DNA of 64,000 nucleotides, from positions 9,426,001-9,490,000 of the forward strand of contig NC_086109.1 in the NCBI RefSeq assembly GCF_963921235.1. The letters are read 5' to 3'. This document shows positions 38,859-50,301 of the stretch, piece by piece. Every line of letters starts with the position of its first letter. The stretch's first letter is position 1. A model generated the notes under the pieces. That model did no database searches and was not told the origin of the DNA. It saw only the letters and a list, made by a program, of their open reading frames with translations. Position numbers and translations under genes: made by a program. This DNA is from Mobula hypostoma (lineage: Eukaryota).

Positions 38859-39273
38859 AAAAAAAAAGAGCTGTCACTGCTCGACCAATGGGGTCTTACA
38901 CTGGCCTCTCTTCTTTTGAATCTCTTTTTTTCCCAGAACGGCATGGTAGTGTAGTGGTTAGCACAATGCTTTACAGTACAGGCAACCCAGGTTCAAATCC
39001 TGCTGCTGTATGTTCTCCCTGTGGCTGTGTGGGTTTCCTCCGGGTGCTCTGGTTTCCTCCCACAAAGATGTGCTGGTTGGTAGGTCAATTGGTCATTGTA
39101 AATTGTCCTGTGATTAGGCTGTGATTACATCGGGGGATTGGTGGGCATGGCTGAAAGAGCCTATTCAGTGCTGTATCTCAATAAATAAATAAACAAACGT
39201 CAATACTAAAGGAACATACATCAAAGTTGCTGGTGAACGCAGCAGGCCAGGCAGTATCTATAGGAAGAGGCGC

Positions 39274-39309
39274 AGTCGACGTTTCAGGCCGAGACCCTTC
39301 GTCAGGACT
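39274..39309 (-). ncRNA. minimal type I hammerhead ribozyme motif in a Penelope-derived insert
   Basis: Minus strand reads AGUC-CUGACGA-AGG-GUCUCGG-CCU-GAAAC-GUC-GACU. Confidence 0.7.
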
Positions 39310-39497
39310 TTTTTTTTTGTTTGCGTCAATACTAAAGGACTTGTATTTAAGGTGAGAGGGGTTAAGTTTAAGGGGAATGTCAGGGGCAAGCTCTTATTAC
39401 ATAGGACTGGTGGGTCCCTGGATTAGGGTAGTGGTGGAAACAGATGTGACAGTGGTGTTCGAATGGCACGTGGTTTAAAGCTTGCATACAGACAGAA

Positions 39498-39915
39498 CTT
39501 ACTACCCGTTACACCACTGGTGTTTGGGGCAGCAATGAAGGTCCTCCATCTCCAGCGGTGTTCAGGGCTTCCTTCATCATGTTGGTAGCTTCCTCTCGGT
39601 TTCCACTACTGTCAGTCACACAAGTCCAGGGTGGAAACTCTGGAATACCGTTGCTTTCAGACACAGGAGGATTCTTCATTGCTGTTTACGTAAGTTTTGT
39701 TTCACTAGTCAAGGTTGTTAGCCGTGGGCTGAACCACCAAACCTGGAGAACCGGTGGGCCACTCTTAGTCTGGCCCCAGCCCTTTGACCTGTTTGGCATG
39801 GGTGACCCTACTCAGAGCCAAAGCATAATGCCCTGACTCCAGCCAGCATAGCTCTCTGGGTCACTGAGGCACACAAGCCTCCAAACCCTACGATAAATTT
39901 GTGGTCCTCTTGGAA
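39498..39915 (-). mobile_element. short non-autonomous RTE-derived element
   Basis: Homologous to the + copy at 63424-63760; an RTE-type 5'UTR joined directly to a 3' end. Related pieces at about 41545-41820 and 46000-46130. Confidence 0.6.
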
Positions 39916-40922
39916 GATACATTCAGAAGAAAGTTGGTTTAATATGACACTGTGTTCAGCAAAGATATTGTGGGCTTAATGGCTTGGTTCTTGTGCTGTA
40001 CTGTTCTGGCTTCTAGTACAATGACTGAGGGGCAACCTAATAGAGAATCTTATAATTATGAAGGTTTTTTTCTTCATTCATGTTTTGGGACGTGGGAATC
40101 ACTAGAAAATGCAGGCATTCATTACTCACCCTACTCACTCCAGAGAATATGGCTGTGAGGCTCCTTCAACCACCATCGACATTCCAGTGAAGATTCGAAG
40201 GTTCACCAAGACGTCACCTGGATTTGGGGACTCTGGTTACAGGGAGAGATTGGGTAGGCTGAGCCACTACTTCCTGGAGCGAAGGCGGATGAGGGGTGAT
40301 TGGATAGATGTATAAAATAGCCTCATCTGGGTATCACGAGTTTGTGTTGTCATTAAAAACAAGGATGAAACTTTTTATAGTTAAACCACTGACCTTTGTT
40401 TTATTTTATTTTTATTTCGAGATACAACACAGTAAAAAGCCCTTCTGGCCTATTGAGCCCCTCGTCACCCAATTACACCCATGTACCTAATTAACCTACT
40501 TGCAGGTACGCCTTTGGAACGTGAGAGCAAACAGAGCACCTGAAGGAAACCCAAGCGGTCACGGGGAGAAGATAGAAACTCCTTAAAGACAGTGGTGGGA
40601 ATGAACCTGCGTCGTGGGGCTGTAAAAGTGTTACACTAACCGCACCGCTTTGTGCCACCCTGATACAGAATTGAAGTGTATTTCACCCCCCCCCCCCAGA
40701 TGTGGGACAGCACGCGGTGGGATGGCGGGACTGGGGTTTCAGTCAGAAAGAAGAGGTGGTTGGTAGCGTAACACTATCACAGCACCAGTGACCTGAGTTC
40801 AATTCCCATCGCTGTCAGCGCGGAGTTTGCACGTTCTCACCATGCCTGTGTGGGTGTTTCAGTTTCCTCCCACACTCCACAGACACACGGGTTAGTAGGT
40901 TAATTGGTCACGTGGGTGTAAA

Positions 40923-41450
40923 TAGATAGATAGATAGATATACTTTATTGATCCCAAGGGAAATTGGGTTTCGTTACAGCCGCACCAACCAAGAATAGAG
41001 CATAAATATAGCAATACAAAAACCACAAACAATCAAACAACAAAATGCAAACTATGCCAGATGGAAATTAAGTCTAGGACCAGTCTATTGGCTCAGGGTG
41101 TCTGACCCTCCACGGGAAGAGCTGCAAGTTCGATGGCCACAGGCAGGAACGACCTCCCGTGCCGCCCAGTCTTGTATCTCGGTGGAATATGACCGAAGTC
41201 CAACAGTAAAAAGTTCAATATCCAGTCTACAAACATGTTCCTCGATCGTAATATGACCCGGATTGCACCATCCATTGTTAACCAGAACAGTAAGCACCCA
41301 ACTCCTTTACGCTTACCACTCTCAATGCACTTCCGGTCAGCCCGAACTGTCTGGAAGCCGTCCATGGAGAAGTTTTCATCGGGTATGTCCTCGTGCAGCC
41401 CCGTTCCAGTGAAACACATAACATTGCACTCCCGAAATGTTCTCTTACGC
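40923..41450 (-). mobile_element. internally deleted Rex1/L2-group LINE
   Basis: APE endonuclease peptide (CFTGTGLHEDIPD..MDGFQTVRADR) joined to the ORF2 C-terminus RYKTGRHGRSFLPVAI; (TATC)n tail. Confidence 0.65.
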
Positions 41451-42032
41451 CTGGTTCATTGGGCCGGTAGGGCCTGTTGCTACGCTGTAGATCTAAGTAC
41501 CTGTTAGAAGATGTTGTGGAGACTCTGGAGGTCCTCAGGGTGATGGCGTCTGGAGTTTAGCTGTCTGGTACTTAGCTCCCGACAGGGTCACCCATGGCGG
41601 TAAGGTGAAGGGGGAGGTTCTGGACAAAGAGTTCAACCAAGACCCCAGCAGAGAAGCTGGTGGAAGATGATGGCACAGCAGAACGGCAGTGAATGGAGCA
41701 AGGTTGCGTCAGTGAAGGGTCCCCCGTCATCTTGCATTCCATACCACTGGACCTTGATCCTGATCTGTCAAGGACCGGGTAGTGGCTGCCTGTGCGTCAG
41801 CCTCCCCATGTTGAGCAAAGTCACGCACGGGCATTCTCCATTAAGCGAATCCACCTGGATAAGTAGCTCCTCCACCTGAGGACCCACCAACAGACAACCC
41901 ACCAGGAGAACATCATACTCAGCTCCAGCGATCGCACTCCTATCTCTAAAGCTGGCTGAGGGGAAGTTGCTGAGACGCAGATTGTTAGTGTTAACGCAGC
42001 TGTTTTCTTTCCCCCCCCCACCCTCGTCCCAG

Positions 42033-42155
42033 CGTTCCCAACAGTCAGAATGGCGGAGAGGTGACGTTCGGTGGGATCGATACCACCAAGTACACTGGCG
42101 AGATTGTCTGGGTGCCCGTTCTTCAGGAACTCTACTGGCTCATCCCCATACAAAG
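42033..42155 (+). CDS. PGC: pepsinogen C exon 6
   Basis: gtcccag|C GTT ... AG|gtacgt; 123 bp. Encodes VPNSQNGGEVTFGGIDTTKYTGEIVWVPVLQELYWLIPIQ. An in-frame alternative acceptor would start the exon at 42045. Confidence 0.9.
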
Positions 42156-42773
42156 GTACGTGCATCATTTCCAAAGGGCTTTCGAATACCCAACAGCCAT
42201 AAGGCTTTGTTGCAGAATTAGACTATTCAGCCCATTGTCTGCTCTACCTTTCCATTATGGCTAATTTAAAGATATTTTATTTGTCACATGTACATTGAAA
42301 CATCAAATATCACCGTATCTTGCATTTACTGCATGTTTTGATGTACTTGTGAAAAATAAAGGTAGACTCCCTTTCAGCATCAAAACAGACACTGGACTGT
42401 GCCACTTGTGTCAATGACCAGTACAGTTCAAGGTAATATATACGTACTTTGATAATAAATTTTAGTTTCACTTTGACATTCATTCAGAATCAGGTTTAAT
42501 ATCACCAGCATGTGTCGCCAAATTTGTCGTCTTTGCGGCAGCAGTACAATACAATTCATAATAATAGAGGAAAAAGAAGTGAAGTACAGTAAGTGTATGT
42601 ATACATGAGTATATATAAGTCTTAAGCACCCTAGCTATAAACTATATATGTGCCTTAGATTTTTGCACAGTACTGTAAATCACAAAAGTATTGATTTTTG
42701 TTCTGTAAAATCCTGGTCATAAACCAATATTTTAACAACAATGAAATAAACTTAATTTAATTCTGTTATTCAG

Positions 42774-42918
42774 TGTGCTTCTCAATGGCCAGTCTGCCTT
42801 CTGTTCCGGAGGGTGCCAGGCTATGGTCGACACTGGGACATCATTGCTCACCATGCCAGGTCACGACTTAGCGGAACTGATGTACTACCTCGGTGCACAA
42901 CAGAACGCAAATGGAGAG
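42774..42918 (+). CDS. PGC: pepsinogen C exon 7 (second catalytic Asp, DTGT)
   Basis: attcag|T GTG ... GAG|gtaagc; 145 bp. Encodes VLLNGQSAFCSGGCQAMVDTGTSLLTMPGHDLAELMYYLGAQQNANGE. Confidence 0.95.
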
Positions 42919-43825
42919 GTAAGCAGCTGCCGCAATTATTAGTCGACGTAAATTCTGAAACTTGCCCCAGCACTGATACTTTATAATTATCACCATGAAA
43001 CTGTGTTGAACAACATCCCTGGACTTAGGCCTGATGGCATCTGATTGTAGAGTATATCGATCTCTGTCATTGTTTTAAAGGTCCTAAATAAAATTGATGA
43101 ACACACTGATACAGTTACCTCCTATCAGTTTAGTGAAGATGCTTGCTTCTTCACTGTAAACACTTGAAACCACTTTTTATAATGGTGTTTACATCGAAAA
43201 TACACGCTGGTATTTGTTTTTATGCACATTTTATTGCATATCCATTTTATTTTTTATATATAATTTTTTTATTCTTCAGAATTGTTGAATGTTGTTTTTA
43301 GAAACATAGAAAACCTACAGCACAATACAGGCCCTTCGGCCCACAATGCTGTGCTGAACATGTACTTACTTTAGAAATTAGTTTTTGTTGCATATCATGG
43401 CAATTTCCTAATATATGGTGAACAAAACTGATCCTTCACCATTGAATTTCTTGTAATCTTCCTTGATATAGAGCCAGTTACCTTAAAATATGGCAGAATT
43501 TCAAATCACTGGATCATAATTAACACTGGATCATTAGGCTGATTGGAAGAGTGAGGTTTGTTTTCTTTCAAGCTGTGGAGGTTGAGATGAATAAAATTTC
43601 AAAGAAGCTGCATGGACAAACCTCTTTCCCTCAGCAGAGAGGTCAACAGCCATGTGTGTGTCTACCAGTTAAGTGCCTGGGTGAAGGGAGGTCTCTTAAT
43701 CCTTTCCATTCATCAGCTTCTCTGCCACTAGATCTCTGTGTGGACAGTGACTCAACCCATGAACAGAACCTCACTGTTGTTGCTCCCATTTAGAATCACT
43801 TGCTTAATTTATTTATTTTTTGATG

Positions 43826-44995
43826 TAGTGGATTCTGGTTAAATGCAACACATTGGGACCAGTAAATTTTGGCCCAAATAAACGGCTGCCCCAATTATGA
43901 TTATGAAGACACGCAGTCCTCTTTTATTGTCATTTAGTAATGCATGCATTAAGAAATGATACATTATTTTCTCCGGTGTGATATCACAAAACACAGGACA
44001 GACCAAGACTGAAAGAACTGACAAAACCACATAATTATAACATGTAGTTACAAACAGTGTAACAATACCATAACTTGATGAAGAAGTCCATGAGCACAGT
44101 AAAGTTCAAAGTTTCTCAAAATGTCCCACATCTCACGCAGACGGGAGAAGGAAGAAAAACTCTCCTTGCCACGCCAACCACAATCCGACTCTGAGTCACC
44201 CGAAAACTTCGAGCTCTGATCAGCTCTCCGACACCGAGTACTGGGCGCCATCTCTGTCCAAATGATTCGACCCCCTTCTCGGTCGCCAACAGTAGGCAAG
44301 GCCGGGGATTTTGAGGCCTACCCTCCGAAAGATTCCCGACCACACAGTAACGACAGCAGCGAACAGGCGTTTCAGAAATTTCTCTAGATGTTCCTCTGTG
44401 CTTTCACGTCTGTCTCCATCAAATCAGAATTGTCCACGGCCCCTATTTAACAGATACGATATCATTTTTCACCGGAGGGCTGCGCACACGCAGGCGTGCT
44501 GCCATCTTCTCCCATAGTTACCCACAGTTCCATGGAAGTAGTTAAAAAGATATTACTAAAAAGGACAAACTACTATTTAACAAATTATGTATTTATATGA
44601 CATACAGTAAAATGGGTGAAGTTCTCCCCTTTGGTTCATTTTCACTCTAGGCTGTTTCTAGCCTGAATGATTGAAACTACAGTCAGCCAGTTTTTACCGC
44701 TTCTTACAACTCTCAGTGACTAAAATCACTGCTTTTTAAACACACACACATCTGACTCTATTTAAAAACTCTTCACCCTAAGCAAGGTGCAGTGTCTAAC
44801 AGCCACGCAAGTGTACGTGACTGACGCTAGTTAGAAACTGCTCAGCCAATGTCTCCTGTCCCGTTTAAGCGGCATAATATCCCAAATAAATGAAGGGAAT
44901 CCCAGCTTTTTTCCCAATTAATTTTTGTTCTTTAGGAGTTGTCCTAGATAAGCTGCTGCTCCAATTACCAATGACCAAGTAAACAGAATCCACTG
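43826..44995. mobile_element. Tc1/mariner (Tigger-like) non-autonomous element with nested insert
   Basis: Ends TAGTGGATTCTGGTT ... AAACAGAATCCACTG-TA. Confidence 0.55.
43894..44512 (-). repeat. unclassified interspersed repeat of about 620 bp, copy 1
   Basis: Co-linear and highly similar to 52201-52827; the minus strand ends AATAAAAGAGGACTGCGTGTCTTC plus a short tandem tail. Confidence 0.85.
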
Positions 44996-45326
44996 TAAAT
45001 ATTTCTCATTGTAACTTGCAGTTTATTTTATGTGATCACCCGTACCATGGCCCCAAAACAACAAATCTCACGATGTATGTCAGTGACTCTAATTCTGATT
45101 AATTCTTAGTAAGGATCATGGATTGAGTCTTCAACCATAGGAAATAGTTTTTCCAATTGTCTCCATCAGAGTTCATCATTTTTAGAGATACTCCTTAGAT
45201 TCTTTCTGACCATTGCAAGTGGAGCTGTGTGAAGCGGGTTATCTGTGAATTTGTATTGTACGAGGGTTTTTCGATATTTCCTTTTTAAGCTGCACATGGC
45301 ATAACTCTTGTTTCCTTCTTTAATAG

Positions 45327-45425
45327 TACATAGTCAACTGTAACTACATCTCAAGCATGCCTTCGCTGACATTTGTGATCAATGGAGTGAAATTTACCAT
45401 CCCTGCCTCAGCCTACATCAGGAGG
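45327..45425 (+). CDS. PGC: pepsinogen C exon 8
   Basis: taatag|TAC ... AGG|gtatgt; 99 bp. Encodes YIVNCNYISSMPSLTFVINGVKFTIPASAYIRR. Confidence 0.93.
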
Positions 45426-46232
45426 GTATGTATAGTGAGTACTTTGTATGCAGCGCACGCGTAATGAGGCCTCAGTTTCCAGCCTTTTGCCTTTGGGGAG
45501 GAAAAAGTCCTGAAAAGGTATAAGATAGAATACAAGGTACAATATAATCAGTATCTCCATGCAAATTCCTGGCCTTCTGTCCTTCTTAGAAAGTCACCTT
45601 TGATCTAATTTTTGTAAATCTTTACAATTTTTACTGCCAGCTCAATAGTAGCAGTGCAATCACTGAAGTTGAGTTTGATGTTCCCAGTATTTTTTATGCC
45701 ATGGACTCGTACTGCTAACTGAGGAGTCCATGCATCCCAGGTTGGGAACCCCTAACCTTAAGGGGTTGTCGTTTGGTTGGCCTTCAGGCTGATCCAGAAT
45801 CCACATATTCTGAGGGGCCTACAGACCTTCCCCACCCTCTGATCACCATGGCGCTTAATCCCAGGTTGTTAGCGTGGATTCCCTTCAAGGAGAGCCCCTG
45901 AGCTTGATTTTGTTTAACGCGGGCAGCCGCCACACGCAGTCTTCGCCAGGTCAGAGTCAGGGTCCAGTGACGTGTGATGTAAGCCAACTGGGGACACTTC
46001 AATGCCTCAGACTTCCTTCACCTTCACTGCCATTGTGATGTGTCAGCATCTTCCACCAGCTCCACCGCTGAGGTCTCGCTGGGATCTCTTTTTGCCTGGA
46101 GCCTCCTCCTTGATTTTACCACCATGGACGACTCCAATTGTAAAGATGGAAGATACCAGCTAAAAGCATTTCTGCAACATTTCAGTCAACTATGCCTTTA
46201 GAATACCCAATCCCAACAATTTTACTCTAGTC

Positions 46233-46311
46233 CAAGGGTTCCCAACCTTTTTAATGCCATGGACTCCTACCGTTAACCGAGGGGTCTGTGGACTCCAGGT
46301 TGGGAAGCCTG
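46233..46311. mobile_element. hAT (Charlie-like) mini-MITE
   Basis: CAAGGGTTCCCAACCT ... AGGTTGGGAAGCCTG with 8-bp flanks CTCTAGTC / GTCTAGTT; second copy at about 45678-45752. Confidence 0.7.
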
Positions 46312-47103
46312 GTCTAGTTGATAAACCTAACCTGCTAAATCCCAGCTTCCAACGTTGGGTGTGTATCTCTAGAAGTCCACAGCTTTTCCATCATATGCCC
46401 AAGCACCTGTCAGTACTTTATCTTAGATGGTTAATAAATCTTTGAGGTCAGCCCCGAGTCTAATAAGCATTGAGCGCCTTGGCGCTGTCCGCCACAAAGG
46501 CGGGATTTCCCATTGGCCACCCATTTCAATTCAACTTCCTATTCCCATTCTGACATGTCGGTCCTCTACTGCCATGATGAGGTCACTCTCAGGTTGAAGG
46601 AGCCATACCTCATATTCCGTGTTGCTGATCTCCAACCTGACAGCTTGAACATCAATTTCTCTAACTTACAGTAATTTCAACCCCTTCCATCCCCTTTGTC
46701 TCTTTTTCCATTCCCCATTCTGGCTCCCCTCTCACCCCTTCTCTTCTCATCACCTGTCCATCACCTCCCTCTGGTTCCCCCTCCTTCCCTTTTTCTCTCG
46801 GTTTATTCTCCTCTCCCATCAGATTCCTTCTTCTTCAGACCTTTACCTCTTCCACCTATCTTCTCCCAGATTCTCACCTCATCTGCCCTCCCCCATTCAG
46901 CCACCTTCCCCTCGCCTATCACCTACCAACTTGTACTCATTCACCCCTTCCCCCACCACCTTATTCTGGCCTCTGACTCCTTACTTTCCAGCCTGGGCCA
47001 GAAGCATCGACTGTTTATTTCCCTCTGTAAATGCTGCCTGACCTGGGGTTTCTCCACCATTTTGTGTGTGTTGTTAATGAGTGTCTGTCTTCTCATTTTG
47101 TAG

Positions 47104-47259
47104 AACTATAACTATTGTTATCCTGCATTTGAGTCAACCTATCTGCCTGCTCCCACCAACAATGGACCATTCTGGATCTTGGGTGACGTCTTCCTGAGAG
47201 AGTTCTATTCCATTTACGACAGAGGGAATAACAGAATGGGATTTGCTAAAGCTGTCTGA
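47104..47259 (+). CDS. PGC: pepsinogen C exon 9 (terminal)
   Basis: tttgtag|AAC ... TGA. Encodes [51 protein letters not shown]. The nine exons sum to 1182 nt (393 aa + stop) with all phases consistent; the [15 protein letters not shown] region is gastricsin-type. Confidence 0.95.
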   Translation, partial: NYNYCYPAFESTYLPAPTNNGPFWILGDVFLREFYSIYDRGNNRMGFAKAV

Positions 47260-47496
47260 GACGCTTGTGTCCAACTTGCCTTCAAAGTTTCTGGGCCCAG
47301 AGAAGGACTTCAGATAATTCCTTAATGGCACCAATGATCTCCCTTGATTGAATGATTGGAACTCTTTCACTCAGACACTTTTCTGTTGTTCTTCAGACAT
47401 GGTCTTCCTTGCTAGCTAGAATTTATCTCGTCACTGGCACATCTTCTAGCTGTAATAATCTGTTAAACTACTTTTCTTGTAAAGATAATATTGAAC

Positions 47497-47512
47497 AATA
47501 AATACTATTAAA
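47497..47512 (+). terminator. pgc polyadenylation signals
   Basis: AATAAA at 47497-47502 and ATTAAA at 47507-47512, about 240 bp after the stop. Confidence 0.7.
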
Positions 47513-50301
47513 GCATTGTAAAAAAACACCTGATATTCGTGTCCTGGCTGATGTACAGTCCATGATTTTTCAATGATACATTATATTGGAAGAGGAAGAG
47601 AAAGGGTGGGTTAATAAGTCTGCAGATGATACAAAGGTTAGTGGTGGTGTGGATTGTGTAGAAGGCTGTCCTAGGTTGCAATGGGAGATTGACAGGGCTG
47701 GGCTGGCAAGTGGCAGATGGAGTTTAATCTTGAAAAGTTTGAAGGGATACTTCACAGCATGTTTTGATGTTCTGATGTACATGTGACAAATAAAGCTCAT
47801 CTTGAAGGCAGAATACAGGGTGAATGGCTGGATTCTTAGCAGTGTGGAGGAACAGAGGGATCTCAAAGTCCTTGTTATGCAGAGATTGCTGGGTACATGG
47901 AATGCCCTGCCAGGGGTGCTGGAAGAGGCAGCCACATTAGGGACATTTAAGAAAGATAGGGACATGGATCTGAGAAATCTTAGACAGGCCTGTACTGTGC
48001 TGTAATGTTCAATGTTTTATTGTGTTCAGTTTTGGTCAACCTGCTCTAGGAAAGATGTCATTAGCTTGAGAGCGTGCAGAGAAGTATAATTAGCTTGGCA
48101 CGGCATTGTGTACCATAGGTTCCTGTGTTATACTATTCTCTGTTGTATGTATGAGGTGAGTTCAGAGTCTGATCTCAACAGGACAGAAGCTGTTATTGAG
48201 TCTGGTGATATGCTTCCTCAAGCTTTTGTATCTTCTGCCTGGTAGGGAAGAGAGAAGAGAGAATGACTGGGCTGTGCGGAGTCTCTGATTATGTTGGTTG
48301 TTTTAACGAGGTAGCTGGAAGTGTTGGCAGGTTCAGTGGGAGGGGGGCTGGTTTTTGGGATGGACTCACAACCCTACAGCTTCTTGTGGTCTTGGGCAGA
48401 CCAAGCTGTACTGCATCTGGATGGGATGCTTTCTGTATTGCACCTATAAAAATTGGTGAGGGTTATTGTGGACATGCAAAATTTCCTTGGTCTTCTGAGA
48501 AAGTAGAGGCACTGGTGTGCTTTCTTAGCCATGGCTGGACCAGGACAAATTATTGGTCATATCTGTACCTACCCCTGTCAACTATCCCATCTCAGCACCA
48601 TTGATACATGAATGGTGTGTACTCCACTCACTTACTGGTTATATTTTTTTAATCATCTTTTTACTGCCATGCAGACCAACCACTACTCTGAGCAGGAAAT
48701 TTATACATGGCCTGAAAACTGTGCGGCACTTTAAGTGCTTTTTTTATTTTGGAATATGTATACTATGAATCTTTAAAATGAACATGTGTCAACGTTCAGT
48801 GGGCCTGTGGTTTATTAACAACAAACTACCAACTTCCACTCTGTGTTTATTCTTACAATTTGTAACAGAGTTGTAACTTGAAGCACTGGCAGCGTTAATA
48901 TGTCAAGGCGCTAAAATGTTTCAAAGTAAAGGTTGTGGTCCATATATTATTTAGAAAGTGTACAGATTATATTAATTAACACATAATTACAGGGTGTTAC
49001 AGCTGCATGGCAACAAAGGCTAGGGAGTATTTCAGTTACCGCATGGCTGTGTACTCACACAGCCTGGAGAGATCAGTGATCATGACACCGTGCCACTAGC
49101 CTCTCTATCACCCTTCTATACTCCGACTCGTCGTTATTCAATTTCAGACCACAATGCTGTGTCATCAGCAAGCACACAAATAAAGCTGGAACAGAATCTT
49201 GCCACAGAGTCATGAGTGTGCAGGAGGAAAGTTGGGGGCTGAGGACCCTGACTGACAAGGGAAGTCAATCATAACATTAAAGCAAAGAGTGGGCATATAA
49301 TTGAGCAAAATTTCATGGGAAGTTGGAGGACTGGGCAGCTTTTAAAAACTCACCAGGAGGCAACTAAAAAAGCAATAAGGAGAGAAAAGGTGAAATATGA
49401 AGGTAAGCTAGCCAATAATATAAAAGAAGATACAAAAAGCTTTTTCAGATATGTAAAGAGTAAAAGAGAGATGAGAGTGGATATAGGACTGCAGGAAAAT
49501 GATACTGGAGAAGTAGATATAAGACCATAAGGTAAAGGAGCAGAATTTGGCCCACCAAGTCTGCTCTGTCATTTCATTATGAGATTCTCTCCCTCATTCT
49601 TTCGAATTCCAGTGGGTAGAGGCCCAGAGCCATTAAATGCTCCTCATATGATAAATCTTTCAATCCTGGAATCATTTTCATGAACCTCCTTTGAACCCTC
49701 TCCAACGTCAGCACATGCATTCTTAGATAATGGGCCCAAAACTGCTTACAATACTCCAAGTGAGGCCTCACCAGTGCCCTATGAAGCATTAACATTACAT
49801 ACTTGCTTTTATATTCTAGTCCTCTGGAAATGAATGCTAACATTGCATTTGCCTTCCTCACCACTGATTCAACCTGAAAATTAACTTTTAGGGAGTCCTG
49901 CACAAGGATTGCCAAGTCGCTTTGCACCTCAGATTTTGAATTTTCTTTCCATTTAGAAAATAGTTTATGCTTTTATTTCTTCTTCCAAAGTGCATAACCA
50001 TACACTTCCTGACACTGTATTCCATCTGACACTTCATTTCCCATTCTCCTAATAGGGGCAACAAAGAAATGTACTTAGTAAGTATTTTGCGTCTGTCTTC
50101 ACTGTGGAAGACACTAGCAGAATGCCAGAAATTCAGGTGTGTCAGGGGACAGAAGTGTGTGTTGCTGCTTTTACTAAGGAGAAGGTGTTTGGGAAGCTGA
50201 AAAGTCTGAGGATAGATAGGTCACCTGGACCAGATAAGACTACACCCTAGGTTTCTGTAAGAGGTGGCTGAAGAGATTGTGGAGGCATTAGGGTAATGAT
50301 A

